A stretch of 64,000 nt of DNA from Camelus ferus. Taxonomy: Eukaryota. Location of the stretch: contig NC_045697.1 of the NCBI RefSeq assembly GCF_009834535.1, forward strand, positions 29,824,001 to 29,888,000, read 5' to 3'. A program made the position numbers and the translations under genes. Positions 37,131 through 51,288 of the stretch are shown piece by piece; positions within the stretch are counted from its first letter, which is position 1; every line of letters starts with the position of its first letter. The notes beneath the pieces were generated by a model, which did no database searches, was not told the origin of the DNA, and worked only from the letters and a program-made list of their open reading frames with translations.

Positions 37131-39759
37131 GCTGTTTGCCTGTTTGAGCCTCAGAGTAACTAGTTTTCATTTGGGGTCATGTTGTAGGGAAAATGTGTAT
37201 CTTTAACTCCTGGAATCACACTCAATTTGAGATGCTCACACTATGAGCAGCATATAGGAACTCAGCCTGATTGAAGGGGCAGTCCTCTCCCATCTTATCC
37301 AGTGCCGTATGCTTATCCAGTAAAATGTCCATACTATTCAAAATGTTATTTTTCCCTCTTTTATTTTTGGCCAATTGCACATGGTTTATATTGAACTTGT
37401 TAAAGGCAAGTTGGATGGGACCACCTAGTATATTCATAACCAACACATGGAGTGTTGCTGGCCAAGATGACTTCGTCTTTGATGGCTGCCCGTCTTCTCT
37501 GGCTTTCCTTACTGAGTGCCCGCTCTCCTCCCGGCTTGTGAGAGAAGTGGCAGGAGGAGAGTGCTCAGTGTTTATTCCCTTTGGGAGAGGACGAGAACGT
37601 GACAGCTGCTGCAGGCAGTAAATTAGGATGATTCTGCTCTGCTCTCCGTGAATGTCACCCTCACTGGCAATAAAGTGTGCACTGGTAGAGTATGCAGGAT
37701 GGTTGCACCTGGTTTTGGTATGCTCTTTGATAAAGGATTCCATTATTATAGGATCCAAAAGGCAGCTCTTTAAACATGCCTGGCAAGAAGGACTGGGCCA
37801 GTTATGCAGACGTGTGTTCCAGTTCCTCACTCATATGTAGCTCGATGGTCCTGTGAAGGACGCTGAAGGGCTGAAAGCTCCACTGGACATAAAAGAAAAC
37901 GAGAGTTTCTCCTAGAGGACAGAGAACCGTAGATTCATTCGGAGCTTTTAAAACCATGTAACAAAAGGCAAAACACTTTTATCTTGACCTCTTCAATCTC
38001 TTCAGTGGATCCCTTCCTCAGTCATCTTGTCTTGTATATGTGAGTATAAACTGTAAAACTGGAAAGCCCTGAGGATGTTTGTACAAAAAGAAATAAACTT
38101 TCCTTTTATTCAAAATGTATTTGTATCATCTGGCTCAGCATTTTTCATTTTTAGGAGATGTATAAAATGGAACCCTTTCAACTGACTTATCTCAACAACC
38201 ATTTTTACTATGTCATTAGGAAAAATAACAATGGTTTTGGAATAACATAACATGTCCCCGGGTCTGAAATATGTGCGCTTAAGTAGAAACTTTATATCTG
38301 AGGGTGCGTTTTGATCCTTGCTTCGGGGATTGAGTTCTTTGTCTGTGTAAACTTCGTTCACGTAGTTTAAAAGTAACTACATGAAGAATTTTCCTTTCGT
38401 TTCCAAAGTGTGCTTTGCCACAGTTGGTTCTGTTTTATGTATTATTGACAGTTTGTGACTGAGCCCCACCAGCACTGCCGGGAGAGGATTGTTGAGTCCC
38501 TTGCTGTGGTGCATTAGGAACGAACACTTTCAATAGGACCCTGGTTGCGGCCAACTGATAGAATCACAAGTTAGATTCCTGGGTTACTTTTAAGTCCTCC
38601 CCATGAAAGGGACTTTTTTTATGATCCTGTGAATCAAGAATGAAATATTCGTTTGCTCAGAACCTGTTAAATTCTTAAATTTCATATAGGAGGTACAGAA
38701 TAAAGACCTATTGTGGACTAAGGCTAATCTGAAAATCTCTATCATACTTCTCCACAAGCTGGAAAAGCTGGGTGGCCGTACGCTTGGTCTTGGTATTTAA
38801 AACCTTTGGATTTCCTGAGATTGGTGGTGGAAGGGAGTGGAAGCGAAAATGTCAGGGAAATGACTGCTCTTCTTGATTTGGGATTGTAGGGGCCACTGTG
38901 ACCTTTAATTCAAGGTTCTTTGTTAGGGGTCACCTTCAGGTTCCCCTGGAAATCACATGTGTTGCAAAGCCCCTAAATAGCTCTTTCTGGGTTCTGTAAT
39001 TGTATTTAGGGCAAGGCTTCAGAGAGCATCTTTTGTGGCTGCAGGAATCTGCATGCTTGGAGACCTGGAAAGACGTCGTGACATTTATATGTAATGCTCA
39101 GGGCAAAGCCCTACCTGGATGCTGTCAGATCAGAATGGAAGGACGTAGCATGAGTCCTCCTTAAAATCTGTGTAGACTAAGTCGTTAAATCTAAGTTAAC
39201 AGGCGCGCTTCCTCCTTTGGACAAAAGAACAGGTAGTGATCAGTGATATGGAGAAAAGTAAAGTATTATTTTGGATTTTTTCTTGCATAGTTGTATCCTA
39301 GTGTTTTTCGGCTTGTCTTCTGCTTGGCCTTTTTCATCTTCTTATACCATCCCCAGTTGTTTAAAAAAAGAACACACACACACACACAACAAAAAACTGA
39401 ACCCAAAGAACAATGTGTTAAATGCAAACAATTGAAATCTAGGTGTCTGTTTCTATTAAAACACTCTTCTTTATATGTGTCATTCGCTGGGAAAGCAACA
39501 CTTGCTACTGACCTACTTACATATTCTGAGCTCAGTGCCCCTCCCAGTCCAACAAAATATCCTTAGCCCTCTGCTGGGATAGAAGGTTGGTATGTTGTTT
39601 GTTTTGTGATTGCATCGTGTGGTTTTTTTGGTTGTGTGTCTGGCTTTGTTGTTCACCTGCATCAGGGTATTTTTATAAAGTAAGCTCTGGGAAGACAGAT
39701 ATGTTTCTGGTATAATGATTATTGTGTTTGACTCCCTGTCATCGATCCACCCACCGTGG

Positions 39760-40146
39760 TACTCCCTTATGTCCAGTCCCTCCTAGTGAGCCAGTCATGG
39801 CTTTCATGTGTTCCTTGCCAGAGACTGGAAAAGGAATGGCCAACATTGGGTGGGGGGAGCGCCTATGAAAGGTTCCTGGCTTCTGAGAAAGACAGGAAGA
39901 GAAGGTTGCTTTTCTTTCTCTTGTCTTGCTGTGTCTGTAAGTGATGCCTGGACCCGCTGCAGCCATCTTGCTACCAGCCTGCGAGTGAAGTCAGTACTTG
40001 CTGAGCTATGGAATCCCCCAGCTCTGGAGCCTGCCCACTTTGGACTTTTTATGGCATAAAATAATAATATATACCCTTGTTATTTGAGACAAGTTTGTTT
40101 GTTTATTTGTTTGTTTTGTTTACAGCTGGAAGTATCCTAACCAATA
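39760..40146 (+). mobile_element. Old MaLR LTR (MLT1K/L-like)
   Basis: gtgatgcctggacccgctgcagccatcttgctaccagcctg..tggactttttatg..tttacagctggaagtatcctaaccaata. Confidence 0.6.
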
Positions 40147-43100
40147 AAGATTTATTAATTTCCTTCTTGCAGCCCTTCTCAGCATACATTATATGGTTTT
40201 ATACTTAGTGTTTTCCAGTAATATTTAGACTCATGGACTCCAAGTTACTGAAATGATTTAGACGATTAAAATGGATATGTGGTTACATTAAACTGCCTTG
40301 TGTAGTGTCTGGAATTTTGCGTACGTGAAAGGACTATGATAATGTTGTGTGTTTAAAGAGCTTAAAGAACTCTGTAGACAATTAATTTATTCTAGCGATC
40401 ATACCCTGCTCTTTAAGTTAACAACATCTGAACTGAAAATAGAAAAAAAGATAAGATAAGTTTTAAGATACAGACTTGTGCCCACATGCCAGAGCCTTTG
40501 GGGAATGACTCTTGCATACGCCCAGATACGTTAAGAACTTAATTGTCCAAGTACTTCTGTTATCTTTATTCATTTACTAAATTTATTTGTAAGCAAAGGT
40601 GATACTAGCAAATTATGACATCAATATACGAGGATTTCAAGGTGGCCAGAACTGAAGTCTCCTCAGTTTCTGTACTTTTCCGTCATCTGACAGAATTTAA
40701 TGGATTGGGAACATTACTGCTTTATTTATTTGAAGAAATATTTTTTTGTGTTGTGTCCCAACTCACATCTCTCTCTTAGTAGCTGTAAGTGTTTGTGGTG
40801 AAACCTTGCTTCTCAAATGGGGACTGAGCTGGTAACATGAAAATTTTGGCTGAGACCCTGGGAAAGTGGAAACAGTGAGTGTCTTTTCTCCACCTGAGCT
40901 GAAATCTGAGCGATTCAGCGGTTCCGCACAAGGCAGCTCTGTGCATACTTCCCTCACTGTCGAGCCCGCAGTGAGCTACCTGACAGGCGTCTGATAATCA
41001 AAGCCAAAGGACACTGTTCTCTTTCCAAATCTTGTAGAGAGAGGTGGACAAAAATGTGTGAAGTAAGTATTCTTTTCCCAAGTGCCCCCTCCCCCACCCA
41101 CGCCAGCCCAAGCATGGCATCGCTGCGGGATACTGACAGAGACTTAGACTCATCTCTCTTTCCTCCTTCACCCCCAAATACAGCAGCAAGCAGACAACCC
41201 AAATGCCTAGCAGGAAGATCATTACTTTCTTATTTTGGCAAAATCTAGGGACTCCTTGTGTTTTGGTGTCTAGAAACATAAAAGGAGAATCCTATGAAAA
41301 GACTTCAGCTCATTAACATTTACAGGGTGCCCATTGCTGGGCCACTGTGTGATGTGTTATTTAAGCTTTGTAGAGATAAATTAGTTTGCCTTTGTCTCTT
41401 TGCCTGCGTAAAGGGGAAAGCAGAAGCATGAGTTGTCATTATAAAGTGAGCAGGTTGATTTTCATGTGAGGCTTGGTGTGAATCAGCCTCATTACTTTGT
41501 CTCATTGTTTGTTCTGAGAAACTGCTGTTTTACACAGTACGGACTTCTTTGTTTGTTTGCTTGTTTCTTATATTAAGACTGTGCAGTGGGACAAGTAAGA
41601 GTGAAAAGGAAAAAACGCTGTAAAAATATAAAGGATGAAGCGGGTGGGGGAGAGGAAGGAACTTAGAAGGAGAAGAAATAACACGATTTGCCTGAAGGAG
41701 GCCGGAAAGTGAGGAGATGGAGGAAGTTGAGATTGCATTCAGTTAAAATCAATGAGGGCAGTTCTTGGTTGAGAGAAGTAGGACTCCCTATTACAAGATT
41801 TTGCATGTAGCTGGTCAAGTATGGCGGATTCTAGACATACTTTCAAGAGAAGAGGTAATTCTGATAAAATCATTGGATAATGGTTTATGAATGCTTATCA
41901 TGTATTTGCTCATGCTGGTGGGAAGCAAGACTTTTTGTATGTAATTCAACCAGTTTTAGTCTTAACTATCACAGGAGGTAGGTATGCTTTTCATTTCCTT
42001 TTTTTTTTTTTTTTTTTTTTTTAATTTGAGGAAAGAACTGAAGCTTAGACCGATTAACTTCCCTAATGCCTCGGTTGATAATAAAACCCAGGTTCTCACC
42101 AAGGCTGTGCCCCTAATGGCTACCCTCAGACTGCATTTGAATACCTGAGGAAATAAAACAAAATATATAACTGAAATCACTTTGTATTAAAAAAAAACAA
42201 CAGTAACATTAGAAACATAGCATTTTAAATTTTAAAAGATCTTTGGAGGTTGGTTCATAGGACAGAAAGCTGAAGTCCAGGGAGAATGTCTTAGAGTTCT
42301 TAACTGGTCATGGGATACCTTGGGAAAATTTCCATCCTTGTATTACAACTTTGGACAAAGGGTAAAATATGTATTATATCTGTCAATTTTTTCCCAGCTT
42401 GTTGTTCATTATCAATGTCAGAGAAAATATCTATTTTAAGTTAGACTAATTGAGTAATGCTTGAATAATTATGTGTACTTTGCAATTCATACTGAATGCA
42501 AAACTGGAATGTAGGAAAAATTTCTGTCTTGCACTGTCTCTCTACATGTAAGGTGAAAAGACTAGACCTCTAATGCAGTTTATTTAGGAAGTGTAGAATG
42601 CCCACAGTCATTAAAATTAGTATTATGCTATAATGCCAAGGGCTCTAGAATATAGTTTAAATGTTACTTGGTGTTTTCTAGATAGATCTTAAAATATGTA
42701 TCAATATAAAACAAATTGAAGTACTGAAAAATTGGCCCTAGAATGTCAATTCTAGGACATATTTTGGTGAGAATGTGAGAAATTAGCCACAAACCACACT
42801 TAGCCCCTGGAAATTTGCAACAGAAATTTCAAGGCTAAATATATTTAAGTGTTCTTTGAGCCCACTTCTTTGTTTTATTAAAAAACAAGACCTATCCAAA
42901 TGCTGAAAGTGAAATGAGTAAGAGTTCGATGAGGATGAAATATTTCATGTTGACAATTTTATATAGTTATCGTGGCCTAAATATTTTCTAAGTCCACAAA
43001 ATTAATAAGCCTAGTGAGTCAAATCTAAGGAAGGAGACTGAATGCTGTAAAAATGCCCCAATTGTCTATTAGACATTTTATTACTAAATTTTCTCCTGGG

Positions 43101-43629
43101 GTACGGGTGGGAGATGAAATTTCCTACTTGATTTATAACATGAAATTTAAGATGTAAGGAACTGTGTTGCTCTTTCTATTTTAAGGGCCCCACCAGAGTT
43201 CTTTTGTTTTGTTCTTCTCTGCTAGTAACCCTGTAATTCCCACCTAGCTCCTGCATTGATCCTGTATATTTTTTCAACCTAGTTCATTTCAGTTGACCTA
43301 CTTGTATGTTGAATTCCCATGGCAAGCCACGTTAATCTCATTAATTCCATGCCCTTGTCAACTACTGAGAAGAAAAGTTGGAGTTGAGATGGATTCTGTT
43401 GGATGAAAAGATGGAATGGCAGAGACATTATTTCCTTTCCTTTCCTTTCTTCCTTCCTTCCCTCTCTCCTCCTTTCTCTCTCTCTCTCCCCCTCTTTTTC
43501 TTTCCAAATACTTTGCTTTAAAAGAATATGAAAACAAGTTGACTTCACATATTTGAGAATTAATGTGTAGGGGCAACTGAGGAGTGTTGATAAGGGGTGT
43601 AGGTACAGGGGAAATGGGAATGGGTTTTT

Positions 43630-43761
43630 TTTTTTTATTTTATGAGGGGGTGGTAATTGGGTTTATTCATTTGTTTCTATTTGGAGGAGGTACTGGGGAT
43701 TGAACCTGGGACCTCATGCATGTCAAGCATGCACTCTACCACTTGAGCTATACCCTCCCCC
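43630..43761 (-). mobile_element. Camelid Vic-1-type SINE
   Basis: Reverse strand reads GGGGGAGGGTATAGCTCAAGTGGTAGAGTGCATGCTTGACATGCATGAGGTCCCAGGTTCAATCCCCAGTACCTCC. TSD approximately ggaatgg(g/t)tttt at 43617 and 43763. Confidence 0.88.
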
Positions 43762-43804
43762 TGGAATGGTTTTTATATACATAATAGAATGTGCCTGAGA
43801 CATG

Positions 43805-44095
43805 GTGGCTAGATTATGCTTCAGTAACAAACGACCCCAAGATCTCAGTGGTTGGCACAGTGGAAGGCTTTTCTTTCGCTCATGCTATCTATCCAATATG
43901 GATTGGTACCCAGACCAAAAGAGGCTCCCTCCATGTTACCTATTACTCCAATCACCCTTCCAATGGGAAGACTTTTTACTGGGAAGTGACTCACTGGTGA
44001 GAGCAAGTCCTACAAGATGTCCAGCTGTAGAGGAGGCAGATAACAGCCATCTGACCCTGTGTCCCAACAGGAAAGTCAGAAACCAGTGACAGCTA
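43805..44095 (-). mobile_element. Old MaLR LTR fragment
   Basis: ctagattatgcttcagtaacaaacgaccccaagatctcagtgg..tcactggtgagagcaagtc. Confidence 0.5.
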
Positions 44096-47000
44096 GTCCT
44101 GTTTCATGCCTTTCCTTGAGAAAGGGCAGTATCAGTAAAGGTTAAAGGTGGGTGTATTGCCAACCACTCGAGTCTGGTGCTGCCCCTCTGAGAAGGTATT
44201 CTTTTTAAAAATCTATGAACATAATTCAGTAAAGCAATATTACATATGGAAGCATCGGCCAAATAAGTGATCTCAGGGCATGTTTGTCTATAAATTCTTT
44301 TCTTCATTCCTTTGTACGTTTATCCCTTCAGTAAATATTTACTGAGCTATCATGTATCAAGTACATAATGTAAGCCTTGATTTATTTATTTTCTTTTTAT
44401 TTTACTTGTATTATCTGCAGTGTTTTCTTTAACACATTTTTACTGCCTTGTCAATATTTTGTATGTATGTTTATTTTGAATCTATTATTTTTTAACTTCC
44501 TTCTGGGTATGGACCTGACCTGTTTTCTTTACCAGATTATCCAGATGTGTTCCTGCTAAATATATGATAACCAGGGAGCAAGCATAATGTATTGGTTGTA
44601 TTTTTCTCAAGATTTCTATGAAGCAGTTTCAATTAAAAAAAATCTTAGTTTATTAAAATTTTTTTTAATATCTTAAAATTTTATCTGTAATACATTGGGA
44701 TAATTTTCCCCTTGCTGTTTTATTTGAAGAGTCAAATGACTCTATTACATGTCATTTGGGTGACAATAAACTTCTGAATAATGAGTAAAATTATTGTAGG
44801 AGAGGGATCTCATTTAGACAGTCAAACATGGTGCAGTCCTTGAGTACAGCTAAACGTTTTAATTTCAGCAATCACTGTCCCTTCGTTCATCTTTGCTTTG
44901 TCTTCTGCATTTCCATCACACAGCCTGACTTGTGACGTGGTTCTCTAATTTTGTCTTCCTCAGAACTGGTGAGCACAGGAAGTATCTTTCTTGTCTTTGT
45001 AGCCCGCCATCCCTCAAGCCTGACAGAATACCTTGCACATAGCAACTGTTCAATAAAAACTTGTTAAATAGATTTGATCTTTCTCACCTATAGTGGTTGA
45101 ACTTTTGAAGTAGTGCAGGACTGAAAACAGAACCACAATTATTTAATACAGAAAACAGTTACAAAACCTAAGTCTGAGGGGAGATGGGGCAAGAGAGACT
45201 GCATTGAAGGTTCTCTGTGTGGAACGTTCTAGCGTGCTTAGTCTTGATGTGTTTCAAAGGGAGCAGTTTGTTTCACATTGCTGAATTAATGTTCCTGAAA
45301 TTGAAAAAAAAAAAAGTGCGAGATTTCTGATGTGATGCACCTCCATCAATCACTTGTACTTTCTTCTTCGTAACTTCAGTCTCTTCCTTTCAAGAGAGTG
45401 GTTGAAGTCACTTCTTCTGGGACCAAACCCAGTGTTTCTGCCTTGAGGAAGCATAATTAACTGACACTTTAAAGGTACTTTATAGCCCTGTCCTGACTCT
45501 GAGCAAAGAGTATTACTTAATTTATAGTTATGAAAGGTCTACTTGCAGAATCTGGGTGTGTTTTATGGTAGCTCTTTTGGTTGATTGCTTTCATTTTTAT
45601 TCGGTAAATTATCTAGAACAGCTGTATGATGTCATCAGAGGCTTGACTTACTTTTACTTCAGCCTTGAAAGGCTGAGCACGGGGGATATTTCACAGTGAA
45701 TGGGAAGACCGAGCATTGTGCACAGGAGAAGGTAACACGGGACGTTAGCTATTGTGAATTGATTTCCTTCTTACTGTGGGAGCCAAGTGTTTGGACAGTT
45801 TTGAGAAAAGAATATTGAAATGTCAAGGATTTTGTTTTGTGACTTGGATTTCCTGATACTGTGCCCTAAAGGAATCCAACTGTGGATTACAGTGTCACAT
45901 TCTAAAGACATTGACAAGATTTTTGTCATTAAATTAAAAAAAAATTGCAACAAAATACTGAATAATCATACCTTCCTTTGATGTGTAGGGTAATCGTTTT
46001 ATTCAAGTGAACTAAGGCAGGATGTATATTCATTACAAAAGATTCCAACAAATATGCAATTTTAAGTTTCAATGAAAAGATTCTCCCAGAGTTACCATGC
46101 TTCAGGAAGTACGATTAAGAGTTGGTGACATTTGTTCACAAGCCACAGGCATTCTTGGCAGTTTGAGAACACGGGCGTGTGTGACCCCTACGCTTCCGGG
46201 CATGTGTGACTGTTGTTGCTGGGGGTTCTAAGGCTTTCTGAGGGTCTCACACATCAGTTCAAGTCGATATGCCTCATGGCTTTCGGCTGCTTCAGTGGAG
46301 CCCAGCCTTGCTTTTGTGATAAGGGTTTCTCTGGTTTTCTAATAAAGAGGCTTTGTGCTGATCCTTGGGTTGGTTCTTGGGATTTCGGGAAAAGAAGCTC
46401 CCTTGTGAGTCCAGACTCCACAGTGGCTGCTGCCTGTCATCTTCGTCCTCCCTGAAAGGAGTCCTGGAGGCAGCGGTCAGTGTCCACTGGTGAGAAGCAT
46501 CAGTGCTGTAGCTTGGCTTACCTGTACCCTCTGGGGAAGGTGCCAGGGAAAGAAAAACAAACCAACAAAGAAAAACAAGACAAAACTGAAGATCCCAGGT
46601 CCAGACTTGACTATTTGAGCATTTGAAGCTATTATCCAATAGCTGCTACTTTCCCAGGGCCTCATGGCTCAAACTCCAGGCTAGGAATGCCCTAGATATT
46701 TCAGTTTGTTGCTCAATAGATCTGCTAAGTGCATATCACTGGGCTTAGTTTTGTGGATGTGATTAATAGAATAATTCCTGGAAACAAAGTACCCAGAAAC
46801 TATTCGTAAGGTTACTGGTCTGGCCTTGTTTCATACCTCTCTTTGCTCAGTGCCTCGTGCATAATTTGTGCTCAAAATATTGGGCTGAATAGCTGAGGAA
46901 TGAGTATGAGGCAAATTTATTAATACAAGGCAATGAAGTGAATGAGAGGTAAGTGGACGAGGCAGGCGGATGGGTCTGCGTGCGCTTAAAGGAGTCAAGT

Positions 47001-47137
47001 GAAATGAAAGGCTCTCTGGGCTGCTGAGTCAGAGAGGGTTGAACAGAGGTGGCTGGGCTGCAGCACAGAAAGAATATCTGATTTCCTTGAAGCTATCAGT
47101 CTGTGAAATATTGGGAACACAGAAATGCTTGTGGGAA

Positions 47138-47565
47138 GGATAGGGTTTGGAGTTAGAACTGGGCTCTTGTTCAGGCTCTGTCACCTGTTGGCTGTGGCCT
47201 TGAGCTGGCCATGATGTGTCTTTGGGCCTTTGGTACAAGTTTAAAAATTGAGATAACATTATCTTTTGCTCAGTATTATCTTGAGAACTAATAATGTATG
47301 TGGAAGTGGCTAACAACACGTGTGCATGCACGTGTTTGTGCATAAAATTTCATTGTATGATTTATCGACACTGCTCGGTGCTACGTGGTGTTCTCAGCAC
47401 TTTCCAAGTATTAAGATGAACTCATTTAATCCTCGCAGCAACATGTTAGGTTGGTATTCTTTTCTTGTTTTTCAGATGAGGAAGCTCAGACATTGGCAGG
47501 GAACGTGACCTGCCCATTGTCCAGCTAGTGAGCAGTGGAGCTGGGCTCTGAACCCCGGTATCTGA
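47138..47565. mobile_element. Two MIRs in opposite orientation (about 47138-47320 +, about 47370-47565 -)
   Basis: ggctctgtcacctgttggctgtggccttgagc.. and ctcatttaatcctcgcagcaac..ttttcagatgaggaagctcagac. Confidence 0.6.
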
Positions 47566-49949
47566 GATGAGCCATCCTCTGGGTGCTTACAGTTACAGCA
47601 AGACTTGTCACTGGGGTTCCTCCCACGCACATCCGTGTTGGTTAGGCTCTGCAGCAAAAATACCATAGTCACGGTGTCACTTTCATTTTACTCCAAGTTG
47701 CCATTTATCCTACCCTTGCCCCCTTTTAGAAAATGCTTAGAGCAATTTGGGGGGTTGAATTTTTAGTATTTACTGGTTATATTGCTACATAAGTCACTTG
47801 GCCCCTTATTTCTTCAACAATAAAATAGAAACATGGGTCTCAACAGGTTACTGGAACATGTAAATGAGAGCGTATATAACCGTAAACTGTAAGGCATCAT
47901 AGGAATGAAGGGCACTCGTCACAGTGTATTGGCCTCGATCAGATGCATCTCTTTCCCTAGTGACAGCGTATAACATTAATTACTTTGGCTAATGATTGTT
48001 AAGCATCTATGATGTTTTAAATTCACTTTGAGGCCTCGTCTTACATAGGGGTTAGGTTTTAAACTTAAAGTCTGTAAATAAGGTGAAAATGTGTACATAG
48101 AAATTATCCTTCAAATATCTTAATGTCCTCTCTCCCTCAGCTGAACTTTAGAATGTTAACCCCGAGGATTCTGTTGCTTTCCTTCACGGCTGCATCTCAG
48201 GGTCTGGAAGAATGATCAGTATGTATTTATTGACTGAATTACTAGTTGACTTGCATTGAGGGGCCAGTTGTATGAAATGGGGACACTGTTTAATGCCAGT
48301 ATCCTATTCAATGCAGTAAAAGGCTCATCCTGAGCTATCCTCATGAGAACTCCCTGTGTGAAATCTGTGTAGTTGGGTTTCCCTAACTTAATGCAGATAT
48401 AACACGACTCCACTGTGCGTGTGTTTGTGCTTAAAACAAGCTGCACGACACCTGTCACTATCCCATTTCAGAAATGAGGAAACTGAGACTCAGAAGAGTC
48501 AAGAAAATTGTCCAAATTCTCATAGCCAGCACCTCCCCGCTGGCCCTCAAAATATGCACATTCTCATGTTAAAATTGTTGAATTTCCATTTTTTCTCCTG
48601 TAGCCAACTGCATAGTGTCTGTCTGCCCTGAGCAAAAGTCGGGAGTAAATCAGAAATAAAAACTAAGCAGAGTTGTTTCTTGTGTGATTCTGTGGAATCA
48701 AAAAGAGTAGTCAAATCAACAGGTGTGTCTTTTGCCTGAAATAACATCTTTGCATTGTTTAGGCTCATTTTAAATATTTTTTTAAATGGTTTCAACTTTT
48801 GGGAGTTCACTTGGACTGTACTGAGGGTAAGCTTCCAAGATGAAACAATTATTGGCCCCAACAATTATTGCCGTGGAATCTTCACAGCAATAATTCAAGC
48901 ACTTAAATTGGTCCTGATGTTTCTGATAAATTCCAGTGATGATCAGCAATTTGGTCTTGGAATTAAGGTTTTTTCACTTTAGCTGCAAGAACCAACAACC
49001 CGGAGTAATTTATTGGCATCTGTATCCTGATTAAAAGTATTTTATGACATTTGCTAGCTCTGACTTGGTCAGTGCATGGGTTGTGTAGGTCAGTGTGGGA
49101 GAGCGTGCTTGCTTCTCTTGTTATTACACAAGCTTGGAAACTTGCCTCGCAATTCTGTTAAATGGCCTCTTATTCCTGCAGTGTTGCCAGGACTTGGCTT
49201 ATTTTTCACGCCAAATTTAAAAAAATCCCAACATTGTTTGTAAGCAGTGACATTTGACTCATTATTACTCATGAGCACCTGAAGTCAGCAACTTGAATTT
49301 TGAGTTAGTTTATTAGGAAATATTCAGCAAACAACATTCCTTGGGGCTCCTCTGGGCCTAAAGCATCAAGGAGATTAATGCAAATAGTACAATATTTCCA
49401 TTATGACATTCCAGATATGAGCAATACACCATTTAGGTGAGTCAGAAAATGTATCCAGTGATTGTAATAGCTTGGTATTGGATGAATGTTAACTGACTTG
49501 GTTAATCTTTTAAAAATTTGGATCTCTTTGCTATAATTAAAAAACTCATTTATACCTAAATGGAGGAGGGTAACCATTTGATAGCTGTGAGCTGGTCCAG
49601 TCTCTGTTCAGAAATTGTGTTGAAATTAACTTATGGGCGGTTCCTATAAATGATGTCACAATACAGTAACACTGCATTAATCCTTTAGAAGTCCATTCTT
49701 GGCTCTTTTACTCCAATAATGTTGCCAGATTTTACAGCTGCAGTGTAATTTGAAACAATGTGAAAATTGCCCTGTTTACTCATTCCAAGCAAAAGGGCTA
49801 ATGCTAAATTAGTTTTCTTGTTACAAGTTGATTGAGCTTAGTAATAGCCAACTTTATTCATTCTTCTCTGGTAGTGAACATTGTAAAGCTTGTGTGCAAT
49901 TGTTTATCCTGAAATTCAACAAGGTTTTTATCCTGGGTTTTACTTAATT

Positions 49950-50140
49950 TAAAAAAAAATTGGAGTATAATTGACTTATAATATTATATTAGCTTCGGGT
50001 ATACAGCATAGTGATTCAGTATTTTTATACATTATGAATGATTACCACCAGGTCTACTTACCATCTGTCACCACCCAAAGTTATTACAGTATTATTGACT
50101 ATATTCCTTGTGTTGTGCATTATATTTATTTTTAAACTGA
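49950..50140 (-). mobile_element. L1 3' end fragment (laurasiatherian-age type)
   Basis: ttggagtataattgacttataatattatattagcttcgggtatacagcatagtgattcag..ccatctgtcacc..attattgactatattcc. Confidence 0.75.
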
Positions 50141-50156
50141 AAGTTCTGGTCCTTTT

Positions 50157-50237
50157 TAAAATTTTTACTTTTTTGTTGAAGTATAGTCAGTTTACAATGT
50201 TGTGTTAATTTCTGGTGCACAGCACAGTGATTCAGTT
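50157..50237 (-). mobile_element. ~80-bp L1 3' stub with 16-bp TSD
   Basis: ttgaagtatagtcagtttacaatgttgtgttaatttctggtg. TSD aagttctggt(c/t)ctttt at 50141-50156 and 50238-50253. Confidence 0.82.
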
Positions 50238-51288
50238 AAGTTCTGGTTCTTTTAATTAAAGCCTTTCTTCCAATGCAATCGTTTCGATTTAAATTTTTTA
50301 AAAACGAAGGAGAAGAAAACCTTAAGGGTCTCTCTTTAATCTGTTTCAGAATAGCTAAGGAAGAGTATCGTGTTAGGAATTCCTGAAAATGGAGTCATAG
50401 AAGGGCTTTATATCTTATGCTATGAAAATCCTTTTATGTAAACTGGAAAAAAAAAACAACCCATCAGATTCTGAATGAAAGCACAGGAAAAAAGAAGTCA
50501 GGGCTGATTTTAGTGGAGTCGCCCTAGAGAATGAATGCATTTTGACTGCATTACCTTCTGGGAACAAGTGAGGTGGTGATTCAAGGTCTAGTTGACACCT
50601 TACATTTTCACAGGAGGCTGTGTTTATGACTCCTCGCACCTGTAGATTGCATCTTACACAGTATTGGATTCTGCTGTGTCATCTTGGTTCACTTAGTCTT
50701 CACATTCTCACTGCAGCTTCTTTTGGTTCAATTAGGATTTGCCCTCATCTCCGTTCACTTTTACTCTTCTCTTCGGGCCTTGCTATTGGTGCTGCAGGAA
50801 AGAAAGATTTCTTCCTGTTCCCATTACTGATGCTTTTATCAGTGGTCCTTCTTTGCCTTCCCCTGAAGAATCTGCCCTCAAAGCACTTTACATCTGGACC
50901 TGGTTGTGATCGCTCTGCTTGGATGCACTCACATAAAGTGGGAGGAAAAATAGACCACCTTGTATTCTCCTCAAAATGGCACTCCTCCCCCGTGCTGTCA
51001 GTCACTGCCAGCTGCCCCACCTTCATCCTTGCGGTTCAGAAAGAAATAATTGCGCCCCAGACTTTTTGGGGTTAAGTTTTGTGCTTCTGTTTCTGCTACA
51101 TAATTGGTTCATTAGCTTGCTTTGGTGTTAGTCAGCTCATCCCTGGATTAGTGAGCCGTTCCTCTGATTTTTTTCCACACTTATTGCAAAATTCAAGAGA
51201 ATTACTATCATCTTTTTTTTTGGAACACAGTTTTTTTTTTTTTTAATTACTATTGATTTCTTTCTGATCTGTCAGAGCCTTCTTAGAG

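Noticed and set aside
47138..47565. Inverted MIR pair as a dsRNA hairpin (similar arrangement at ~59740-60030)
   Set aside because: The copies look too diverged from each other for stable pairing, and such pairs are common.
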